The notes under the pieces are model-generated. The model made no database searches. It saw only the letters and a list, made by a program, of their open reading frames with translations, and was not told the origin of the DNA. The position numbers and the translations under genes are program-made. A stretch of DNA of 32,000 nt from an uncultured Hyphobacterium sp. (GTDB taxonomy: Bacteria > Bacteroidota > Bacteroidia > Cytophagales > CCMP332): contig CAYGPM010000001.1 in assembly GCA_964351965.1 (NCBI GenBank), forward strand, positions 605,912-637,911, written 5' to 3'. Positions 9,437-17,004 of this stretch are shown here, in pieces (position 1 is the stretch's first letter; each line of letters opens with the position of its first letter).

Positions 9437-10828
9437 TTAAACAAAAGACAAATCCAGCCCCAAAAACTTAGTTAATAGAGTGATTAAAAATATTGAGCCA
9501 AGAATAATCGGGCAGATTACTGTGATGGAAAAGTTGAGTAATTTCTGAACAATTGAGCCTTCATAGTTTGGATTGCCATGCGCAATTTCTTCAGAAAGGT
9601 TTTTAGTTTTCCATTGAAAGGCAATAAAAAGAGACATCATAAAACCACCCAGTGGTAAACCAACATTGCTGAAAATATCTTCAATAAGATCCAGAAATGA
9701 TTTATTGGAGCCTTCGTAGTATATAAAATTGGTTAAGCCATCGACAGCCCCTACGGAAAGCATACTTGGAATTCCAATGAGAAAGATTAAAAAAGCCAAA
9801 CCAAAAACTACTTTTTTTCTTGGCCAGTTTTTCTCATCCACAATGAATGCAACCGGAACCTCAAGTAATGAAATTGTAGAGGTTAATGCTGCAAAACAAA
9901 GAAGTAAAAAGAATCCCCCACCTATTAGTCTTCCCATGATTGGTCCCATTTCTTGAAAAATTCCTGGTAGTGCCACGAAAACTAATCCGGGGCCGGCTGA
10001 AGGCGCTTGCCCTTGTGAAAATACAAGTGGAAATATTAACAGCCCAGCCATAAAAGCCACTAATCCATCAACAAGAGTTACGGTGATTGCTGAGGTTATA
10101 ATATTCTCCTTTTTACTTATATAAGATCCGTAAGTGATTAAAGCACCCATACCTAATGAAAGGGAAAAGAAAGATTGCCCCATGGCTGTATAAATGGTGC
10201 GCAAGCTAATATCAGAGAAATCGGGAATGAGATAAAATTTTGCCCCTTCCATTGCCCCGGGTAGGGTAAGCGAATATATTATGAGTATGGCAAGAAGAGA
10301 TAAAAGGATTGGCATCAGGATTTGAGACGCTTTTTCGATGCCTTTTTGTACGCCTTGAATAACTACAATAGCGGTGAAAATCATAAAAATGAAGGAGTAG
10401 ATCATATTATCACTTACATCTGCCACATAGGATCCAAAGTAAGCCCCGTAATTTTCTATTTCCAGTAGATTTCCAAATATGATCTGGTAGAAATAACCAA
10501 AAGCCCAACCCGCTACAACATTGTAGAATGAGAGAATCATAACACCACTGAGAATTCCAAAAAGACCAACAATTCCCCATTTAGCATTACCTAACTGCTT
10601 ATAGCTACCATAAGGATCTTTTTGTGCAGCTCTTCCAATAGCGATTTCACCAACCATTATTGGGAAGCCGATTACGAGCATACATGCCATGTAGACAAAT
10701 AAAAATGCCGCTCCGCCATTTTCTCCTGCTTCGTAAGGGAATTTCCAAATATTTCCCAAGCCGACTGCTGATCCTGCAGCTGCCGCAATAAATCCAATTT
10801 TAGAACTAAAGCCTCCTCTATTAGCCAT
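9437..10828 (-). CDS. sodium-dependent transporter, neurotransmitter:sodium symporter (NSS/SNF) family
   Basis: 463 aa, polytopic. The N-terminal GLGNIWKFPY motif is diagnostic of NSS. Confidence 0.9.
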   Translation of the reverse strand: MANRGGFSSKIGFIAAAAGSAVGLGNIWKFPYEAGENGGAAFLFVYMACMLVIGFPIMVGEIAIGRAAQKDPYGSYKQLGNAKWGIVGLFGILSGVMILSFYNVVAGWAFGYFYQIIFGNLLEIENYGAYFGSYVADVSDNMIYSFIFMIFTAIVVIQGVQKGIEKASQILMPILLSLLAILIIYSLTLPGAMEGAKFYLIPDFSDISLRTIYTAMGQSFFSLSLGMGALITYGSYISKKENIITSAITVTLVDGLVAFMAGLLIFPLVFSQGQAPSAGPGLVFVALPGIFQEMGPIMGRLIGGGFFLLLCFAALTSTISLLEVPVAFIVDEKNWPRKKVVFGLAFLIFLIGIPSMLSVGAVDGLTNFIYYEGSNKSFLDLIEDIFSNVGLPLGGFMMSLFIAFQWKTKNLSEEIAHGNPNYEGSIVQKLLNFSITVICPIILGSIFLITLLTKFLGLDLSFV

Positions 10829-10934
10829 ATTACATCTGATTAATTTGGAAATTTATAAAATTGATGACAATTGTCAGAAAAGAAGATTTGTATTTTAATT
10901 CAGAACTTAGAAGCTAGGAAGCAGTTAAACAGAT

Positions 10935-11534
10935 ATGAGTTATTTTGATAAGATATATAAAGAAATATTCAGCAAGAAAAAGAGTCCTGAATACAATGGG
11001 AAAAAATACTTGGTTCAGGAGATGTATTCGTTAAGTGAAGCCGATAAAAAGGGGTATGAGAATTGGTTGAATAATTCAGAAAGTTCAATTCTAATCAATA
11101 ATGTTTTAAGTGGTATTAAGCATAAAAAAGCGGGATTAAGCGAGTATAATGATCGTTTTTCAATTTACGAATCGGCTCAAAGCAATGGGTTTTACGTTTT
11201 GTGTGAAAACTTTCTCGACACAAAAACGACGATATTTCTTCAGGAAGCCATCAAGGATCAGATTGTAAATATTGGCTATTACCAAAATCATAGCTCAAAG
11301 GATGTTTACGAAGAGAATTCCAACGTTAAGACAAAAATCACCTATTATTTAAAACCAAGGCTTTCAGAATACGAATTGCCTTTAGACCAAAAATATGGCA
11401 ATGTTCATATCGAATGTTTGTTTATCAATGATAAACCCGATTATATAAAATTGATGGCAAATATTTATTCAGACCGCAATTATAAAGAGGCTGAATCATT
11501 CGATGATCTGCTGACAGCACTTTCGAATTCTTAG
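10935..11534 (+). CDS. hypothetical protein, no recognisable family
   Basis: 199-aa ORF with an ATG start, in a position consistent with the flanking genes. Soluble and Lys/Asn/Tyr-rich. No signal peptide or motif that I recognise. Confidence 0.55.
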   Translation: MSYFDKIYKEIFSKKKSPEYNGKKYLVQEMYSLSEADKKGYENWLNNSESSILINNVLSGIKHKKAGLSEYNDRFSIYESAQSNGFYVLCENFLDTKTTIFLQEAIKDQIVNIGYYQNHSSKDVYEENSNVKTKITYYLKPRLSEYELPLDQKYGNVHIECLFINDKPDYIKLMANIYSDRNYKEAESFDDLLTALSNS

Positions 11535-12523
11535 ATATTGAAATTATTCAAAAGAGCTTTTAATACTTTTTGATTTGATTCCGGCTGTTTGGATAATTTT
11601 TTCTGAAGGATTTCAAATGTGAAGAGTTCTCCTAATATGAATTCTTCGAGGATAGATTTGAAGGCAGCATCCTTCGGACTCATCTCCAGCTCTTTAATTT
11701 TACCTTTCTCTAAATGGTATTTTAATTCGAAATTCTGATTTTCAAATAGCATATCCATTTCAATGGTAGTTTTTGGAGAATTGCCAAATATCCAGTCTTG
11801 TTTTGAGTATTTAGCTTTTGCTAATTTTTCAATTTCCTCTATAGCCTTTTTATTAAAACCATATTCCATTTTCCCGCTTAAAGCCTTTTGCATATACTTA
11901 ATAAAAAGAGCCAGGAATTCATCGGTGCTTTTATCAAGACCGTATTTGCGGATGTTCGTGACCGGCACTTTTTTAGACTGGATCGCTGCCGAACTGACAT
12001 TTTTAAATGAATGTCGCAAAGCCGAGCTGACATTGTCTAAATCAGCATCGAATAAGAGCGTCGCATGACTAATCAATTGATCGCCCGAAAGGTGCTGTGC
12101 ATTACCGGAAATTTTCAAATTATCAATGAGTATATCATTTCTATCATTGCTATGCGCATTGATATTATGAGATTTTAGAAAATCAATTATAGGTGCATTG
12201 AATACACTAAAGTTTGAAACCCATTCAGATCGGCGAGGAGTAAAATATGAAAAGTTGAGATTACCGAGGTCATGGTAAACAGTACCGCCACCTGACACTC
12301 TTTTATTTAGTAGTATTCCATTCTCGCGACAGAATTTGAGGTTTGCTTCCCCCCAGATGCTTTGATTTTTCCCACATACAATGGAAGTATCATTTCTGTA
12401 AATGAAAAGAATATTTGTTTTGAATGATTTTTTTTGTTGCTCTAAGAGGTATTCCTCCGATGCCAGATTAAAAAATGGATCGAAAATTTTATCCTGAAAA
12501 ATAATTTTAAAAGGGCCTTCCAA
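11531..12523 (-). CDS. lplA: lipoate-protein ligase A
   Basis: 330 aa. GGGTVYHDLGNLNFS and the lipoyl-AMP lysine motif KISGNAQ, plus the C-terminal accessory domain. Confidence 0.85.
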   Translation of the reverse strand: MEGPFKIIFQDKIFDPFFNLASEEYLLEQQKKSFKTNILFIYRNDTSIVCGKNQSIWGEANLKFCRENGILLNKRVSGGGTVYHDLGNLNFSYFTPRRSEWVSNFSVFNAPIIDFLKSHNINAHSNDRNDILIDNLKISGNAQHLSGDQLISHATLLFDADLDNVSSALRHSFKNVSSAAIQSKKVPVTNIRKYGLDKSTDEFLALFIKYMQKALSGKMEYGFNKKAIEEIEKLAKAKYSKQDWIFGNSPKTTIEMDMLFENQNFELKYHLEKGKIKELEMSPKDAAFKSILEEFILGELFTFEILQKKLSKQPESNQKVLKALLNNFNI

Positions 12524-12527
12524 GGAT

Positions 12528-13295
12528 CTAATCTCTTAAGAAAACTAGATTGTCTTCCGTACTTTCCTTTTCAGAAAAATAATATCCTTCACGATCAAAG
12601 CCCTTGATGTCTTCAACAGAATTGATTTTGTTATCAATGATGAACCTGGCCATATATCCACGAGCTTTCTTGGCGAAGAAGCTCAATATTTTATAATCGC
12701 TATTTTTGAAATCTTTGAAATCAGCCTTAATGATTTTCGCTTTCACTTTTTTAGTATCAATGGCATTAAAGTATTCATTTGAAGCCAGGTTTAGCAATTC
12801 CAAAGAACCACTTTCTTCTATAGCTTCATTAAGGTTTTTATAAAGTTTGTCTTTCCAGAATTCATAAAGATTATTTCGGCGGCCAACCTTAAGATCAGTT
12901 CCCATTTCCAGTCTGTATGGGCGAATAAGATCAAGCGGTTTCAATATTCCATGTAAGCCGGAAAGGATTCTTAAATGCTCCTGAGCAAAATCGAAATCCT
13001 TTTGATTTAAAGTATCAGCATCCAGTCCTAAATAGACATCACCTTTAAAAGCCAAAAGAGCTTGTTTGGAATTGTCAGTATCAAATTCCGGTTCCCAGTC
13101 CTGATATCTATCGTAGTTCAACTCCACCAGATTTTTACTGATGTCCATTAAAGAGCCTATCTGCTTTTTGGACGTCTTTTTCAGCTTGGCCATTATTTTG
13201 CCAGACTCATCTACAAAGTCCGGTTGGGTATAAGCATTTGTATTAGCAGGGCTTTCAAAATCAAGAGTTTTTGCAGGAGAAATAACGCTAATCAT
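12528..13295 (-). CDS. yaaA: YaaA-family peroxide stress protein (UPF0246)
   Basis: 255 aa. The N-terminus MISVISPAKTLDF and a length of about 255 aa are typical of YaaA. Confidence 0.85.
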   Translation of the reverse strand: MISVISPAKTLDFESPANTNAYTQPDFVDESGKIMAKLKKTSKKQIGSLMDISKNLVELNYDRYQDWEPEFDTDNSKQALLAFKGDVYLGLDADTLNQKDFDFAQEHLRILSGLHGILKPLDLIRPYRLEMGTDLKVGRRNNLYEFWKDKLYKNLNEAIEESGSLELLNLASNEYFNAIDTKKVKAKIIKADFKDFKNSDYKILSFFAKKARGYMARFIIDNKINSVEDIKGFDREGYYFSEKESTEDNLVFLRD

Positions 13296-13367
13296 AAATT
13301 CTATATTTTTTGATATTATTAGAAGAGTAATTGTTTGCTAAATTAACAGTCTAAATTAAAATTTGAT

Positions 13368-14456
13368 TTGTCCTACCATTATATAGATTCATTTGAATCT
13401 TTAGACAACGTACTGCCGAGAATTTCAAAGAGTCCGGAAATAGCTTTGGATCTCGAATTCGACAGAAATTCCTTTGGTTATGGCTTTGTTCTTTGTCTGA
13501 TTCAAATATCAACAGAAAAAGAGATTTTTTTAATAGACCCCTTTGGCATTGATGATTTGGATGGACTATGGAAAATATTTGAAGATCCTGATATTGTAAA
13601 AGTCATTCATAATGCATCGGAAGATCTGCTCTTACTCAAGATAAACAATTGCAACCCGAAGAATATTTGGGATACCGAAAAAGCTTCCATGATATTGAAT
13701 CATTTAAAAACAGGCTTGAGTAGCCTTTTAGAGGAGTATTTTCAGGAAGGTCTCAATAAAAAAGCACAAAGAACTGATTGGAGAAGAAGGCCTTTAAGTG
13801 AGGAACAGTTAAATTATGCGATGGAAGATGTCAGGCTTTTACTTCCTTTAAAACACGAATTAGAGAAAGGACTGAAGAGGGCGAAACGCGAGCATTGGGT
13901 TTTGGAAGAGGGAAAGCTATTAGAACAGCTCGAACAGAAAGAAAATGATACACCCTATTTAAGATACAGGGATGTTAAAACTCTCGATAAGGAACAAAAG
14001 GACAGACTCAGAAATTTTTATTTTATACGAGAAAAATGGGCTGAAAGCATGGACAAACCTCCGTATCAGGTTATGGCTAATGATTTACTCGTAAAACACA
14101 GCGAATCAAAAATTAATGATTTAAAAGAGTGGATCAATTTGAAAGGCTTGAATCCGCATTTGAAAAACAAGAGTGCATATCAGGAGTATCTTTCCTCAAT
14201 TGATTCCAGGCCAAAAGAAATTTCCACTAAAAGAGAGGCCAACCGGAGAAATAAGGATGCAGAGCTGGAAAAAGCACTTAAAAGCGTAAGAGATAAGATC
14301 AAGGAAGATTTTGGAGAGCAAAGTGCAAAATTGATAATCAGCCAGACAGTGATCAATGATATATCAGAAGAAGGATCAGTCAAAGGCATAAAGGATTATG
14401 CAAAAAAAATTATTTTAGAATACGCCGATAATATTGGGCTTCAGTTAAAGAATTAA
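13368..14456 (+). CDS. rnd: RNase D-like DEDDy 3'-5' exonuclease with HRDC domain
   Basis: 362 aa. Exo I ALDLEFD, Exo II HNASEDLLLL, Exo III YAMEDV, then an HRDC-like segment (FYFIREKWAESMDKPPYQVMAN). It needs the TTG start at 13368. Confidence 0.75.
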   Translation: MSYHYIDSFESLDNVLPRISKSPEIALDLEFDRNSFGYGFVLCLIQISTEKEIFLIDPFGIDDLDGLWKIFEDPDIVKVIHNASEDLLLLKINNCNPKNIWDTEKASMILNHLKTGLSSLLEEYFQEGLNKKAQRTDWRRRPLSEEQLNYAMEDVRLLLPLKHELEKGLKRAKREHWVLEEGKLLEQLEQKENDTPYLRYRDVKTLDKEQKDRLRNFYFIREKWAESMDKPPYQVMANDLLVKHSESKINDLKEWINLKGLNPHLKNKSAYQEYLSSIDSRPKEISTKREANRRNKDAELEKALKSVRDKIKEDFGEQSAKLIISQTVINDISEEGSVKGIKDYAKKIILEYADNIGLQLKN

Positions 14457-14458
14457 TT

Positions 14459-15208
14459 ATGTGCCTTGTAGTTTTTTCATATCAAAAAGGCGGTTCATTT
14501 ACCTTGGCGGGGAACAGAGACGAATTTTATAATCGCCAAACCGGCAAGGCCGGATTTTGGGAAGATATACCAGGTCTTATAGCAGGGAGAGATTTAAAAG
14601 CAGGAGGCACCTGGCTTGGTATGGATGATAAAGGAAACATTGCTTTTCTAACAAATTTTCGTGATACCAAATATTTCAAAGAAGCGGAAAAGTCGCGGGG
14701 AGAGTTATTGATTAAATTCTTTGAAAACCCTGATGAAATTGAGTCCTTCTCAGATTTTCTTCGGCCAAATGCCAGGGCATATAATGGCTATAATTTGATT
14801 TTCGGAAACCCAAGAAAGGATATTTACTATTTCTCGAACGTCAGTGAAGAGCTTCAAAAGTTGGATTATGGAATTTACGGTCTGAGTAATGCATATTTAG
14901 ACACCTCCTGGCCCAAGCTCGACAAAACCAAAATCCGCTTTGAAAAGGCATTGGAAGGAATTGATGCTAACAAAGCATTTGATATTTTATCAGATACCGA
15001 ATTAGCGAAAGAGAAGGATCTTCCTGATACGGGAATTGATAAAGAAATGGAAAAACAACTCTCAGCTCCATTTATAAAAATGGATGGATATGGAACACGC
15101 TGTTCAACATTCATTCAAATAAATAAAGGAGAAGCCCAATTTGTAGAACGCAATTATGATAACAGTCCTGAAAACTTTGAAGACCGATATTTCAGTTTTC
15201 TACTCTGA
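14459..15208 (+). CDS. NRDE-family protein (DUF833, TANGO2-like)
   Basis: 249 aa. N-terminal MCLVVF (Cys2) and the eponymous GNRDEFYNR motif. Starts 2 nt after the rnd stop. Confidence 0.8.
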   Translation: MCLVVFSYQKGGSFTLAGNRDEFYNRQTGKAGFWEDIPGLIAGRDLKAGGTWLGMDDKGNIAFLTNFRDTKYFKEAEKSRGELLIKFFENPDEIESFSDFLRPNARAYNGYNLIFGNPRKDIYYFSNVSEELQKLDYGIYGLSNAYLDTSWPKLDKTKIRFEKALEGIDANKAFDILSDTELAKEKDLPDTGIDKEMEKQLSAPFIKMDGYGTRCSTFIQINKGEAQFVERNYDNSPENFEDRYFSFLL

Positions 15209-16795
15209 TTCCTTCTCTTTCTGATCCAACTCAAAACGTCCATCAATATTGGCGATTTCCCATGTTGTGTAATAGATCAGACGAGCTCGTTTTTCCATTA
15301 TGTCGAATCTAATTTTATCAACTGTATCCGTTGTTTGGTGATAGTCATCGTGTGTTCCGTTGAAATAGAAAACAACAGGAATATCGTTTTTAGCGAAGTT
15401 GTAATGATCTGAACGTTTGTAGAAATTATTTGGATCATCAAGCTTATCAAACTCAAAATCTAGCTCAAGCTTCTCTGTCTTTTTATTCACATTTTCATGA
15501 AGCTCTTTGAGTTGAGATGATAGTCTGCCCGAGCCAATTGAATAGACATAATTCTCGTTGTCTTTATGATCATCATCGACTCTTCCTACCATATCGATAT
15601 TGACATTGCACACAATGTCTTTCAAAGGAATGACAGGATCAAAATCAGTAAAATATTTTGAACCCAAAAGGCCTTTCTCTTCTCCTGTTACAGTCATGAA
15701 AAGGATATTCTTTTTTGGCAAAACACCCGCATCGCGCGCTTTGGCAAAAGATTCGGCAATTTCCAATACAGAGACAGTCCCGGAGCCATCATCGTCGGCC
15801 CCATTATATATTCCCTCATCATCAAAGCCGACATGGTCGTAATGTGCAGTAATGACAACTGTTCCGGATGCAGAATCAGAGCCTTTAAGAAAGCCAAGAA
15901 CATTAGATGCTAATACATCTTCCATTTTATAGGAAGTTTTAATTTTTACTTCTGTTTTTGACTCGATAGGGAGAATATTATTATTGAGGATTTCCTTTTT
16001 ATATTCTTTAAGTTTCGATGAGGCATTATTCGTTAAATTCTCAAATAGTGATTCTCTCATAAATATGGCACCATAAGTGGAGCCCTCATTAAGGTTTCTG
16101 TTATCCGGTAATAATAGCTTTTGAGAAAAGACGTAATCTCTTTTTTCGATAATATATTTTTCGATCAAGGAGTCTGGAAGAAGAAAAATGACTTCAGTGG
16201 CCCCACGTTTTTTAGCCACTCTGGATTTTTTTAATCTGCTATAATTGCCACTCCATGCGCTTGGATTTTCATCACCGGAAATTAGATAGTTGTTATTTTT
16301 ATCAACAGGTTCTCCCCAAAGGATAATAGCAGCCTTACCTTCCAGGTCTTTATCAGAGTATTCATTAATAGTTTCGCTTTCAATGCCGTAGCCAACAAAT
16401 TCTGTTTCAAGGTTTATTCCGCTATCTCTATATAAAGAGTAGCAGTAGAAGTCTTGCATAAAAGCAGCATCAAATTCTCCGAAGGAAAGATCGACATTAT
16501 TCAGAGTAGCCTTTTCCAAATCCACTTTCTGATAATAGCTTTTACCAATAGGGCTTTCGACTATTTTAGAAAGTCCCAGATTTCGGAAATGGTTAGAAAT
16601 ATATTCGGCAGCCATTTGTTGACCTTGAGAGCCGGTATTTCTTCCTTTTAAATCATCCGATGCAATTATTTTTAAATGAATATTTAGATCGGAAGCGGAA
16701 ATTTCTTTTCCGAAATCATAGCCCTTTGGATTGTTAGAGGCCTTTGAAACAAAAAAAATGGCAACTAAAGCCATTATTATTACGTAAACTCGCAT
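15200..16795 (-). CDS. secreted M28-family aminopeptidase with PA-like insert
   Basis: Zn-ligand motifs AHYDHVG, GADDDGSG, GEEKGLLGS, NIDMVG and SDHYNF. I prefer the ATG at 16795, which gives the signal peptide MRVYVIIMALVAIFFVSKA, over the ORF-track TTG at 16819. Confidence 0.85.
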   Translation of the reverse strand: MRVYVIIMALVAIFFVSKASNNPKGYDFGKEISASDLNIHLKIIASDDLKGRNTGSQGQQMAAEYISNHFRNLGLSKIVESPIGKSYYQKVDLEKATLNNVDLSFGEFDAAFMQDFYCYSLYRDSGINLETEFVGYGIESETINEYSDKDLEGKAAIILWGEPVDKNNNYLISGDENPSAWSGNYSRLKKSRVAKKRGATEVIFLLPDSLIEKYIIEKRDYVFSQKLLLPDNRNLNEGSTYGAIFMRESLFENLTNNASSKLKEYKKEILNNNILPIESKTEVKIKTSYKMEDVLASNVLGFLKGSDSASGTVVITAHYDHVGFDDEGIYNGADDDGSGTVSVLEIAESFAKARDAGVLPKKNILFMTVTGEEKGLLGSKYFTDFDPVIPLKDIVCNVNIDMVGRVDDDHKDNENYVYSIGSGRLSSQLKELHENVNKKTEKLELDFEFDKLDDPNNFYKRSDHYNFAKNDIPVVFYFNGTHDDYHQTTDTVDKIRFDIMEKRARLIYYTTWEIANIDGRFELDQKEKESE

Positions 16796-16825
16796 AAAAA
16801 AAACATATTTGAACTTCAAATATCA

Positions 16826-16833
16826 TTATTTTT
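16826..16833 (+). promoter_or_regulatory. candidate Bacteroidota sigma-A -7 box (TAnnTTTG) upstream of the giant gene
   Basis: TATTTTTG matches TAnnTTTG exactly and lies about 100 nt upstream of the ATG at 16933. The nearest upstream TTTG (16807-16810) gives a 15-nt spacer, shorter than the usual ~19-21 nt. This is a motif match only. Confidence 0.25.
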
Positions 16834-16932
16834 GGTGATTGAAAGATTACCTTTTGAATAATTGATGTATTAAAGTATGGAATGTGTAGATGTGTGTTGG
16901 TCAGAGAAAACATCTCTTTACTTAGAAACTAT

Positions 16933-17004
16933 ATGCTAAAAAGGCTTTACTTACTTTTTTTATTAGTTGTTGGAATATCTGTTGGGCAGGCGGTTTATGG
17001 GCAG
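16933..17004 (+). other. Sec signal peptide of the giant protein
   Basis: MLKRLYLLFLLVVGISVGQAVYGQ has a basic n-region (KR), a hydrophobic core and a small-residue cleavage region. The exact cleavage site is not determinable by eye. Confidence 0.7.

Noticed and set aside
8213-14456. A cluster of nuclease-like genes (YraN, PolB-exo-like exonuclease, RNase D-like), considered as a possible defence island.
   Set aside because: The genes are interspersed with a transporter, lplA and yaaA, on mixed strands. Each belongs to a widely conserved housekeeping family. No methyltransferase, ATPase/helicase, TIR, Cas or toxin-antitoxin partners are present.
16882-16932. The ORF-track start of the giant gene at 16882 (MCRCVLVRENISLLRNY...).
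   Set aside because: These 17 residues would bury the obvious signal peptide, which begins at the Met at 16933 (MLKRLYLLFLLVV...). The downstream ATG is the more plausible initiator.
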